In this document: one piece after another, positions 28,921 to 37,864 of the stretch | How the letters are laid out: every line of letters starts with the position of its first letter | Position numbering within the stretch: the stretch's first letter is position 1 | From: Nitrospirota bacterium | GTDB taxonomy: Bacteria > Nitrospirota > UBA9217 | Length of the DNA: 64,000 nucleotides | Direction: 5' to 3' | Assembly: GCA_035623825.1 (NCBI GenBank) | Contig: DASPSR010000048.1 | Span: forward strand, 18,369 to 82,368 | Position numbers and translations under genes: made by a program | The notes under the pieces: generated by a model | What the model saw: the letters and a program-made list of their open reading frames with translations, nothing else | Told to the model about the DNA's origin: nothing | Databases searched by the model: none

Positions 28921-29006
28921 ACGTGTCACAATCGGTCCGGGGAATTCAACTCTTCCGGTTACCGACACTTTTCGAAGAGTTTCGCCTCGAACGTTGATCT
29001 TTGGAT

Positions 29007-29939
29007 TTATTTCGTTGTAGCCTTTTCAAACATCCCCGTCGTCAGATACCGCTCGCCGACATCAGGGAATACGGTAACGACCCTCTTATGCTTCCCGAGG
29101 CGTTCTGCGATCTGGAGCGCAGCCCAGCACGCTGCCCCGGATGAGATGCCTACGAGCAGTCCTTCCTCCTGCGCGAGCCGTCTTGCGGTCTCGGCTGCCT
29201 CGTCGTTCGTGACCTTAATGACCTCGTTGTAGACCTCGGTATTCAAGATTGCCGGCACGAAACCCGCGCCTATCCCTTGAATGGCGTGACGGCCTGGCTG
29301 GCCTCCCGAAAGCACCGGCGATGATGCCGGCTCAACTGCACACACGAGTATGTTCTTATATTTCTTTCGCAGCACCTCGCCCACGCCCGTGATCGTGCCG
29401 CCAGTGCCGACGCCGGCAACGAAGGCATCGATCTTTTTCATGCCCATGGCCGCTATGATCTCCTTCGCCGTGGTCCTGCGGTGGACCCGTGGGTTCGCAG
29501 GATTGCCGAACTGGTCGGGTTTGAAGTATTCTTTGCCCGATGCGAGGATCTCGTCGGCTCTTTCGATGGCGCCCTTCATTCCCTTGTCAGCAGGCGTAAG
29601 CACCAACTCGGCGCCATAGGCCTCAAGCAGCCTGCGGCGCTCGACACTCATGGACTCGGGCATGGTAAGAATGACGGCGTAGCCCTTTACTGCGGCGACC
29701 ATGGCGAGACCGATGCCGGTATTGCCACTTGTGGGCTCCACGATCTTCATCCCCTTTTTGAGCTTCCCCTTCTTTTCTGCGTCCTCAATCATGGCCAGGG
29801 CGGGGCGGTCCTTCACGCTCCCGCCGGGATTGAACCCCTCCAGCTTTGCCCAGATCTCGGCACCGACAGCGCTCATGCGGGAAAGCCTCACCATCGGCGT
29901 GTTCCCGATCAGTTCGACGACGCTTTTCACTTTTGACAT
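29007..29939 (-). CDS. cysK: Cysteine synthase A
   Basis: [44 protein letters not shown]. Confidence 0.95.
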   Translation of the reverse strand: MSKVKSVVELIGNTPMVRLSRMSAVGAEIWAKLEGFNPGGSVKDRPALAMIEDAEKKGKLKKGMKIVEPTSGNTGIGLAMVAAVKGYAVILTMPESMSVERRRLLEAYGAELVLTPADKGMKGAIERADEILASGKEYFKPDQFGNPANPRVHRRTTAKEIIAAMGMKKIDAFVAGVGTGGTITGVGEVLRKKYKNILVCAVEPASSPVLSGGQPGRHAIQGIGAGFVPAILNTEVYNEVIKVTNDEAAETARRLAQEEGLLVGISSGAACWAALQIAERLGKHKRVVTVFPDVGERYLTTGMFEKATTK

Positions 29940-29992
29940 CGAGCCCTCCCTCGTCTCTCGTTCCGCCTTCCCCGCTGCAACTCACTTCTCTC

Positions 29993-31075
29993 TCATGGTT
30001 TCATCGGATGAACCGTCCCTGCAGGAACGGCATTGTGTATTGCCTGAACAATATCCTCAACGGAGAGGAGAGCTCCGCCCGGCCTGCCAAAGAACGAGAC
30101 CACAGCTTTTCCGTTCACCGCGAGCCTCACGTCCTCGACCATCTGCCCCATGTTCATCTCGACCACGAGGAACCGCTCTATGGTCTCCGCAGCCTTCGCG
30201 ATAGCCTTATCGGGGAAGGGGAAGAGCGTGATCGGCCTGATCAGGCCGGCCTTGATCCCTTCCTGCCGCGCGAGATTCAAGGCAGTCTTGGCGATGCGGG
30301 CCGAAGTGCCGAAGGCGACCACCACAATCTCCGCATCGTCCGTCAGCACGGTCTCATACATGACATCGTGCTCTGCCATGCGTTCGTACTTGGCCTTCAG
30401 TTTATAGTTATGCCGCTCAAGCATGCCGTCCTCACCTGGCAGCATGAAGAGCGATCTGATGACCCTGCCAGGCCTGCCCTTCGCTCCCGTCAGAGCCCAC
30501 GGTTTGTCCACCCGCTTCGGCTTGATGTCCGGAAGTTCTACCGGCTCCATCATCTGGCCGAGCACGCCATCGCCAAGGATCATGACGGGGTTGCGGTACT
30601 CATCAGCCTTATCAAAAGCGCGGACCGTGAGATCCACGACCTCTTGAAGACTTGACGGCGCGTAAACGAGCAGTTTGTAGTCCCCGTGGCCACCGCCCTT
30701 CACGGCCTGGAAGTAATCGGCCTGGGACGGCGAAATGTTGCCCAGACCCGGCCCGCCGCGCTGCATGTTCACGATGACCGCGGGAAGCTCTGATGCCGCC
30801 ATAAACGAAAGGGCCTCCTGCATGAGACTGATCCCGGGGCTCGATGACGAAGTCATGGCGCGCTCACCAACAGCCGCAGCGCCGTAGACCATGTTGATCG
30901 CCGCGATCTCGCTCTCGGCCTGGACAAAGGTACCGCCCACTTCAGGCAGCCGGCGCGACAGGTATTCCGGAATCTCGTTCTGCGGCGTTATGGGGTAGCC
31001 GAAATAGCGCCTGCAACCTGCACGTACTGCTGCTTCGGCCAATGCTTCATTTCCAGTTATGAGAACTCTTGGCAT
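29993..31075 (-). CDS. vorB: 2-oxoacid:ferredoxin oxidoreductase alpha subunit (VorB type)
   Basis: GNEALAEAA, FGYPITPQ, QAESEIAAINMVYGA, TSSSSPGISL, RGGPGLG, GGGHGDY, VEMNMGQM. Confidence 0.88.
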   Translation of the reverse strand: MPRVLITGNEALAEAAVRAGCRRYFGYPITPQNEIPEYLSRRLPEVGGTFVQAESEIAAINMVYGAAAVGERAMTSSSSPGISLMQEALSFMAASELPAVIVNMQRGGPGLGNISPSQADYFQAVKGGGHGDYKLLVYAPSSLQEVVDLTVRAFDKADEYRNPVMILGDGVLGQMMEPVELPDIKPKRVDKPWALTGAKGRPGRVIRSLFMLPGEDGMLERHNYKLKAKYERMAEHDVMYETVLTDDAEIVVVAFGTSARIAKTALNLARQEGIKAGLIRPITLFPFPDKAIAKAAETIERFLVVEMNMGQMVEDVRLAVNGKAVVSFFGRPGGALLSVEDIVQAIHNAVPAGTVHPMKP

Positions 31076-31243
31076 GGAATCGCCACCTCGATCTTCTTCG
31101 TTTTCTAGGCAGGCTGTTTATCACAGCCACGTCGGGCCCGCAGCTTGCGCTGAATGTCAAGAAATTCCAAATCACGCATATGAAACCGTTTCGTCGTTGG
31201 CATGCACTGTGTTCAAACCTGCAGGGATATTCGCATTGCCATC

Positions 31244-31450
31244 CTACTTCCAGACTTCTATCGCCACATCAGGGCACATCTCCGCACAGAGTGCGCAGCC
31301 AGTGCACATGCCCTCCTCGCCACAGAACTCCACGACATAGTATCCACTCTTGTTGAAGCTCTCCCCTTTTTTCAAGAGCTTCTTTGCGCACGCCGTCGTG
31401 CAAAGCTCGCATCCCTTGCAGAATTCCCTGGTTATAACAACCTTTGCCAC
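31244..31450 (-). CDS. 2x[4Fe-4S] ferredoxin (oxidoreductase delta subunit)
   Basis: CKGCELCTTAC and CTGCALCAEMCPD. Confidence 0.92.
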   Translation of the reverse strand: MAKVVITREFCKGCELCTTACAKKLLKKGESFNKSGYYVVEFCGEEGMCTGCALCAEMCPDVAIEVWK

Positions 31451-33150
31451 TAGGTGCCCCCCCTCTCGATCATCTCTTCAGCGTGCCTGATGGTCGCCTC
31501 GGTCATTGACTTGCCGCCGAGCATACGTGCGATCTCGTCGACGCGCTCTTTCGTATCGAGCAACCTGACCTCGGCGGTTGTACGGTCCTTCTTCACGAAC
31601 TTGTAAACGCCGTAGTGGCTCGTCGCCATGCTCGCGATCTGCGGCAGGTGGGTAATGCAGAAAACCTGGCGCTTCACCGCCACGCGTTTCAGTTTTTTCC
31701 CAACCTCTTCCGCTATTCCGCCTCCGATGCCTGCGTCAACTTCGTCGAAGACGAGCGTTGGGATATCGTCACCCTCCACGAGAACGGCTTTGAGCGCCAG
31801 CATGATGCGCGATAGTTCGCCGCCCGAAGCGATCTTCGCCAGGGGCTTCGGCTCCTCGCCCGGGTTCGGGGAGATGAGGAATTCCACGTGGTCTACACCC
31901 CACGTTCCGAGCTTATGGCCGTCAAGCGTGTCCTCCCCCGGCTCCTGCGTGACTCTCACGGTAAAGGTCGTTCTCTTCATGCCGAGGTGCGACAGCTCGG
32001 CCTCGATCCTCTTTTCAAGTTCCCGCGCAGCCGAAGCCCGCTTCTTCGTCAATTCCCGCGCCGCCGATGTAAGATCGGACTTGACTGCTTGGATCTCTTT
32101 TTTCAGCCGCTCGATCTCCTCAGCGCTTCGTTCCATGCGTTCGAGTTCGCCCGCGGCCTTGCTGCCGAATTCGATGATTTCCTCGATGGTGCTTCCGTAT
32201 TTCCGTTTGAGTTTCTGTATCAGCTCGAGCCTGTCGCCAATCCGTTCGAGCCGCTCAGGATCGAACTCCACAGTGTCGGCATAGGCCGAAACCTCGCGGG
32301 CCGTCTCCTCAATCTGTGCCCTGCCTGCTTCGCAGAGCTCGAGCACCGGCACCAGCCGGCTGTCGATGGCCGCGATCTCGCGGAGGCTGGTCATGGCCTT
32401 CTTGAGCCCCGACAGGACCGAGTAGTCCGACGCATAAAGCGCCTCGTCTGCTGCACGGGAAAGACCGGCGATCTTCTCCGCATTTGCCAAGAGTTTCTGC
32501 TCGCCCGCTAGATCAACGTCCTCGCCCGCCCTGAGCATCGAGGCCTCGATCTCGTTCGTCTGGAACCGAAGCAAGTCCTCTCGCTGCGCACGGTCGCGCT
32601 CTCCCCCTTCGAGGTCAGCCAGCTCCTTCCGTAAACCCTGCAGCCGTCGATAATCGTCCGACAGGGCGCTGCGGAGTTCGGACATCCCGCCGAATGAATC
32701 GAGAAGCTCCATCTGGTGCTCTTGTGATAGGAGCGACTGGTGCTCGTGCTGCCCATGGATGTCAGCGAGACTCGCGCCGAGCGCCGAGAGCGTCGCCAAA
32801 TTCGCCAGGCTCCCGTTGATATATACCTTGTTCTTGCCTGATGATGAGAGCACCCGGCGCACAATCAGGTCTTCACCGGAGTTCATCGCAATCCCTTGCT
32901 CGGACAGGAACGCTGCGGCTTCCGCGGTGCCTCGGCCGTTCAGCTCAAAGGCAGCTTCCACCACAGCCTCCTGGCAGCCGGTGCGGATAAGGTCAACGCT
33001 TGCACGCTCTCCTAAAGCGAGGCTGAGCGCGTCGACAACAATGGATTTGCCTGCTCCAGTCTCGCCGGTGAACACGTTCAGCCCCGGCGCAAACTCCACA
33101 TGGAGATGGTCGATGATGGCGAAATTTTTTATGTCCAGTTCTTTCAGCAT
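31450..33150 (-). CDS. recN: DNA repair protein RecN
   Basis: MLKELDIKNFAII, TGETGAGKS, IHGQHEHQ, ASGGELSR, FDEVDAGIGG, ITHLPQIA. Confidence 0.96.
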   Translation of the reverse strand: MLKELDIKNFAIIDHLHVEFAPGLNVFTGETGAGKSIVVDALSLALGERASVDLIRTGCQEAVVEAAFELNGRGTAEAAAFLSEQGIAMNSGEDLIVRRVLSSSGKNKVYINGSLANLATLSALGASLADIHGQHEHQSLLSQEHQMELLDSFGGMSELRSALSDDYRRLQGLRKELADLEGGERDRAQREDLLRFQTNEIEASMLRAGEDVDLAGEQKLLANAEKIAGLSRAADEALYASDYSVLSGLKKAMTSLREIAAIDSRLVPVLELCEAGRAQIEETAREVSAYADTVEFDPERLERIGDRLELIQKLKRKYGSTIEEIIEFGSKAAGELERMERSAEEIERLKKEIQAVKSDLTSAARELTKKRASAARELEKRIEAELSHLGMKRTTFTVRVTQEPGEDTLDGHKLGTWGVDHVEFLISPNPGEEPKPLAKIASGGELSRIMLALKAVLVEGDDIPTLVFDEVDAGIGGGIAEEVGKKLKRVAVKRQVFCITHLPQIASMATSHYGVYKFVKKDRTTAEVRLLDTKERVDEIARMLGGKSMTEATIRHAEEMIERGGT

Positions 33151-33220
33151 GGCAATCTCATGGTACGGCCGCCGGGGTCCAAAAACGTTCGATTCCCGAT
33201 CACTGGGCACAGCCCCAGAT

Positions 33221-33784
33221 TTATTGCTTTTTAATCGCTTCCGCTTTCCTGAGCGCAAACAGCCCTTGGGTTGAGCGGCCGTTCCCTCCGGCCTTCCGGT
33301 AGTACTCTGCTGCGTCCTCAATCCTACCCCTGCGCTCGGAAGCCCTTCCGGCCCAGTAGTATGCCGTACCAACCCACATGCCAGAGGAGGGATAGCGTTC
33401 AGGAATCCTCAGAAATTCGGCCGCTGCTTCAGCATCATTGCCCATGAGAAAGTAGCAAAATGCGATCCAGTACTGCGTCGACGGCCGTTCGGCATCTTTC
33501 TGGCTCTCGAGTGCCGAACGGTACGCAGGGAGCGCGTTCTTATACTCGCCAAGTCGGAAGTAACTATCACCGATCCGGGTGTAAACATCGCCCAGGGGAA
33601 CCTGTTCGGGATGAGAGGCAAGGACCAGCCGATACAAAGGAATTGCGTCTCTATAACGCCCCGCGGCGAAAAGCTTGTTTGCGTCACGGTACTCCCGTAC
33701 GGGGGACCGCATATCGGACGCATAAGACGGGCCATACGGCAGAAGCAGTATAATGAAGACCGAAACCCAGAGGCTTTTCCCCAA
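33221..33784 (-). CDS. Exported TPR-repeat protein (CpoB/BamD-like repeats)
   Basis: Signal peptide and TPR helices (IGDSYFRLGEYKNA, YWIAFCYF, YYWAGRA). Confidence 0.75.
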   Translation of the reverse strand: MGKSLWVSVFIILLLPYGPSYASDMRSPVREYRDANKLFAAGRYRDAIPLYRLVLASHPEQVPLGDVYTRIGDSYFRLGEYKNALPAYRSALESQKDAERPSTQYWIAFCYFLMGNDAEAAAEFLRIPERYPSSGMWVGTAYYWAGRASERRGRIEDAAEYYRKAGGNGRSTQGLFALRKAEAIKKQ

Positions 33785-34056
33785 ATCACGCTCCTGTGGA
33801 CAGGAAGTGTAGCAAATTTACCACAAACCGCGGGAATGATTCAAGGATTATCTTTGAGGGGTAATTGGGATTTCACCCGATCAACAACGTATTCAATGTA
33901 CACGAGCTGTTCGACGCTGCCCAAGGGGGCAAGCCATTCATCCATGGAAAGAAAGAACCCTCACAAGCGGTTCTTTGTTCCGCCCGGACCCTGTCCTTCC
34001 TTCTACTGCCGCCTCCTTACAATCCCGTGTACGACGTTCTTGCCCCCCCGGCAGTT

Positions 34057-34998
34057 CTACGGCCACCATAGATAGGAGAACCGAATCCCTGGTCCGCCTA
34101 GGTCGCTCAAGTTGATGTTGATCAAATTCATTGAATAGATATTGGACCGGTATTCGCCCGGCCTCAGATAGGTAACTATTTTGGCACGCTCAAGGTTCGC
34201 CAGCGTCCTCGCCTGCGTAAAGGCATCTTCGAGGTAGCCGATATCGTCAATGAGACCTTCGTCCCTTGCCTCCTTGCTCGTGTAAATACGGCCATCGGCA
34301 AGATGGCGCACACGCTCGGGATCCATCTTCCGCTCAGCGGCCACCACACTTACGAACTTTCCGTAGAGATCGTCGATCATTGATTGGAATATCTTCTTCT
34401 CTTCGGCGGAAATGGGGCGGAACGGTGAACCCATGCCCTTGTGCTCACCGGAGGATATTTCGAGCGTTTGCACCCCGATCTTCTGCATTAGACCGGTGGC
34501 GTCTATGCGGAGCATGATAACCCCGATGCTCCCGGTTATGCTCGTGGGTTGCGCTGTTATCCTATCCGCTGCGAGCGCCGCGTAGTAGGCGCCGGACGTG
34601 CCCGTGTCGAGGAAGTGGGCGACGACCTTCGCCCCGGTTTCATTCTTAAACTTTTTAATCTCGTGGTAGAGCGTGTCCGAGGCTGTCACCCAGCCGCCGG
34701 GACTGTTGATCCTAAGCACGACGGCCTTGACGTTTGGGTCCCTGCGTGCGCGATCGAGCGCCTCCCTCACCTCGGCGAGCATGCCTGGCTCCTTACTGCC
34801 TCCGAAGGCCGACCTGCTTGTCTCGCTTGTGATTACGCCTGTGATATCCATAAGCACGATTTTATCTTTACCCTCGCCCGAAAGCACTTTTTCCTCTAGT
34901 GGTTGAACCTCCGGCATCAGCGAGACTTTGAGGAAGGTACAGCCTGAGAGGGCGGGAAGCAGACTGGATAAGAGCACAGCAATGATAGTTTTTTTCAT
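34057..34998 (-). CDS. sppA: Signal peptide peptidase SppA (S49), lipoprotein
   Basis: LSGC lipobox, LRINSPGG, SGAYY, ITGSIGVI, HKGMGSP, ADGRIY. Confidence 0.92.
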   Translation of the reverse strand: MKKTIIAVLLSSLLPALSGCTFLKVSLMPEVQPLEEKVLSGEGKDKIVLMDITGVITSETSRSAFGGSKEPGMLAEVREALDRARRDPNVKAVVLRINSPGGWVTASDTLYHEIKKFKNETGAKVVAHFLDTGTSGAYYAALAADRITAQPTSITGSIGVIMLRIDATGLMQKIGVQTLEISSGEHKGMGSPFRPISAEEKKIFQSMIDDLYGKFVSVVAAERKMDPERVRHLADGRIYTSKEARDEGLIDDIGYLEDAFTQARTLANLERAKIVTYLRPGEYRSNIYSMNLININLSDLGGPGIRFSYLWWP

Positions 34999-35088
34999 GA
35001 CGACGCTCCTTCAAAGAATATAAAAGACTATATTTGATACATTATGGCCGTACGCGACGCACACGAAAAAGTCCACATTCAACTCTCC

Positions 35089-35775
35089 TCAAGGGTTCAT
35101 TCGCACTTCAGCCTTGCTGCGGAGTTCGGCGAGGTACTCATCCTCCTGCCGGCCGAGCTTTTCGTCGTACAGCAGGGCCATGACCTGCCTCTGGACGTCC
35201 AGGAACCGCTTTCCCGGGAACTCCGAGGGATGGGAATCATAATAGCTCTGTGCTTCGTCGCGGCTTACTCGAACGAAGAGCCCGATCTTTTTCTCAACGA
35301 AACGCTCCACCAAGAGCCGCTCTGTGAGCATGTGGTCCAACTGTTCCTTCGTGATGCCGAGACCGGCGAGAAAATCCGAGAACTCTTTATCAGATCCGAA
35401 CCGTTTCCGGAGCTTTTCGATCTCTGCGCTTACATCCTGTGCTGACACTTCCACAAACCGGAGTCTACGTGCCTCCTGGATGAACAGACTCCTGTTAATT
35501 AACCCCTCAAGGGTCTCGGTCCGGAGCCGGACCATGTCAGGGCTGCCGCCGGAGAGCGCGGCATTGAAACGGACAGCCTGCTCAAGATCGCTCCAGGTGA
35601 TCACATCATAATTTACGGCAGCGACGATGCGGTCGATGAGCTCACCCCGTACAACGCATGGGAACACGAGCAGGAGAGCGGCCACCGAAGTTATCAATAC
35701 ACTGCGCACCCATGCTGTGCGGGTAAGCGTGAGCCGAGGATTGATATTTTTCATGATGAGATCCGCAATATGCAT
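35089..35775 (-). CDS. SurA N-terminal-domain chaperone (no recognisable PPIase domain)
   Basis: ELIDRIVAAVNYDVIT, LEGLINRSL, YLAELRSKAEV; same gene string as bamA. Confidence 0.8.
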   Translation of the reverse strand: MHIADLIMKNINPRLTLTRTAWVRSVLITSVAALLLVFPCVVRGELIDRIVAAVNYDVITWSDLEQAVRFNAALSGGSPDMVRLRTETLEGLINRSLFIQEARRLRFVEVSAQDVSAEIEKLRKRFGSDKEFSDFLAGLGITKEQLDHMLTERLLVERFVEKKIGLFVRVSRDEAQSYYDSHPSEFPGKRFLDVQRQVMALLYDEKLGRQEDEYLAELRSKAEVRMNP

Positions 35776-35783
35776 CTCTCCCT

Positions 35784-37715
35784 CTACCCCTCTTTCAGGT
35801 CCGTCATCTTGACGCCTTTGAGATAATCCACGACCTTGTCCCGTTTGATGTCCTCGAGCCGCTTCACGATCTCCGAGATCCGGAGCGCGTTGCTCAGGAT
35901 CATTTCGAGACGTGCCTTGAGATCTTCATCCGCATTCTCATAGCGCTCGATTAGCAGTTCCGCGTTGCCGATAATCGTAGTGAGCGGATTGTTGACCTCG
36001 TGCCGGACCGCGATCCCCACCTGTCCTATGGCGCCGAGGCGTTCGGCCTTGACAAGCAATTCGCGTAGGTTTTTCTGTTCCGTCACGTCTCTCGCCGATA
36101 CCTGGTATCCCGCAGCTTGCCAACCCTTGAACAGCTTCCTCGCGCTCACCTCGATGAACGCGCGGCTGCCATCCTTTTTCATGACCTCAAACTCGATCAT
36201 CCGGCTTGCGCTCACTCCCTCTCCGGCGAGCGCCCGCTTGGCGGTCTCGGCGCCTTCGGGTGTTAGGAAGTCGAGCACGCTCTTGCCGACGAGTTCAACC
36301 TTTGAAAAACCGGAAAAGTTCTCGGTTGCCTTGTTCACCGCCGTGAGCCTTCCTTCCGCGTCGATGGTGAAGAGAATGTCCCGGGAGTTCTCGAACAGGT
36401 CCCAGTACTTTTCGCTCGATTCCTTCACTTCTGCATAAAACCGGAAGTTCTCGACGGCCATGCCGAGCTGCACTCCGATGGCATCGAGCATCTGGACATC
36501 CGCAGGTCTCAGCGCGAACGGCTTCTGCGGATACAGAAAAATGACTCCCAGCACGATGCCCCGCGATTTGATGGGGATAATGATGTGCGAATGCCCTTTA
36601 TCACCTGCGAGACGAGAGTGGTGCGGGTCTTCGCAGCCCTGCTCCGTGTACAGCATCTCTCCAGTCTGCGCCACTCTGCCGCAGAGGCAATCTCCTATCT
36701 TGATCGTTTCCTCGCGCTGCACGAACTCCGGGGCAAGCCCATTCTGGGCCGTGAGGCGCATGATGTCAGAACCCGGCTCGCACAGGAAGATCCCTCCTTT
36801 CGGCTCAATATTAGACATGCTTTCCAGAATCTTCAGCAATGATTTATTGAGCACATCCCTGAGCGTTCCCGATTGGCTAAGGGTGAGGGCAACCGAATCG
36901 AGCGCCGCAAGCTCGCGCGTTCGGTCAAGCAATTTCCGTTCAAGGTCAGCGTGTGACGCTTTAAGCTTCTGGGCCATTTCATTGAAGCGTTCTCCCAGCA
37001 TGGCTATATCGTACTCGCCACGCAATTGGATCCGATAATCGAGATTGCCCCGGCTAATCTCCTCGGTTCCCGCCCACAGGTCGCTCAGAGGGGTGGACAC
37101 CTGCCGGTGGATATATGCTCCGAACGCAAGGAGAAACCCCACGGACGTACACAGGATCAAAATGAACAGGATGTTGGTCCTGACCTCATTATCCCGTATA
37201 CCCTTCATGATCATGCCCATCTCGGCAGCATGCTCATTCTGGTACTTTACAATGTCTTTCTCCAACCGCATGGACAGCCTGTCGAGCTTGGCCAAGAGAG
37301 TCTGCGCTAATGCGCGATCCTTCGTTGCCGGAGCCCGAAGGGAGAGGATGCGTTCGGCTTCGCTCTTCATATCCTGAAGATCTGCGGTCAGGGAAGCAAT
37401 GATCGCTACTTCTTTATGGTTGAGATTTATATCGGCTATGTCGCTCCTGGTCTCGCGTGCATGAGCAACCGCAGCTGCATAGGCCGCCCGGTAAGCCTCC
37501 TTGCCGGTCTCGACGAAGTTGTGCAGGGCAAGGGACATGTCGGAGATCTCCTTTTCAAAGTCCCATATCTTTTCGTACTCGAGGGAGCTCAGCGCGAGTC
37601 CCTTCGTCGTGCGGGAAAAAGCTCCGCTGATGACCTGGAGCGACAGGATCGTGATTGACAGTATCAGCAGCATTCCCAGCCCAACCAGTACAATAAGCCT
37701 TCTGTGTATTTTCAT
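35784..37715 (-). CDS. Membrane sensor: periplasmic domain-HAMP-GAF-PAS-HisKA, with no HATPase domain
   Basis: Two TM helices, HAMP (ISRGNLDYRI...FNEMA), GAF (CLCGRVA), PAS (ARDVTEQK), H-box HEVNNPL, then a stop about 60 aa later. Confidence 0.8.
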   Translation of the reverse strand: MKIHRRLIVLVGLGMLLILSITILSLQVISGAFSRTTKGLALSSLEYEKIWDFEKEISDMSLALHNFVETGKEAYRAAYAAAVAHARETRSDIADINLNHKEVAIIASLTADLQDMKSEAERILSLRAPATKDRALAQTLLAKLDRLSMRLEKDIVKYQNEHAAEMGMIMKGIRDNEVRTNILFILILCTSVGFLLAFGAYIHRQVSTPLSDLWAGTEEISRGNLDYRIQLRGEYDIAMLGERFNEMAQKLKASHADLERKLLDRTRELAALDSVALTLSQSGTLRDVLNKSLLKILESMSNIEPKGGIFLCEPGSDIMRLTAQNGLAPEFVQREETIKIGDCLCGRVAQTGEMLYTEQGCEDPHHSRLAGDKGHSHIIIPIKSRGIVLGVIFLYPQKPFALRPADVQMLDAIGVQLGMAVENFRFYAEVKESSEKYWDLFENSRDILFTIDAEGRLTAVNKATENFSGFSKVELVGKSVLDFLTPEGAETAKRALAGEGVSASRMIEFEVMKKDGSRAFIEVSARKLFKGWQAAGYQVSARDVTEQKNLRELLVKAERLGAIGQVGIAVRHEVNNPLTTIIGNAELLIERYENADEDLKARLEMILSNALRISEIVKRLEDIKRDKVVDYLKGVKMTDLKEG

Positions 37716-37864
37716 GGGCAACTTCTTTCTTCGCCTACCCGGGTTACAGCGACTGCAAAACCGTATAATTGACGCGCATTCCGGGAAGACTGCAGCGGCG
37801 TTCATTAAATGATACCACCGACTGGCCGTTCCGTCCAGAGACTCGGGCGAAATCACTCATATTT

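Noticed and set aside
33151-33372. N-terminal extensions in the ORF track (recN, and likewise mdh, rseP, GH57, the sensor, gspC and M28)
   Set aside because: Family motifs, RBS positions or promoter positions point to downstream starts. The recN extension overlaps the TPR gene.
33840-33976. 34-aa minus-strand ORF MDEWLAPLGSVEQLVYIEYVVDRVKSQLPLKDNP and the hairpin AAAGAACC/GGTTCTTT before it
   Set aside because: No clear RBS or motif. The hairpin is more simply a weak terminator for sppA.
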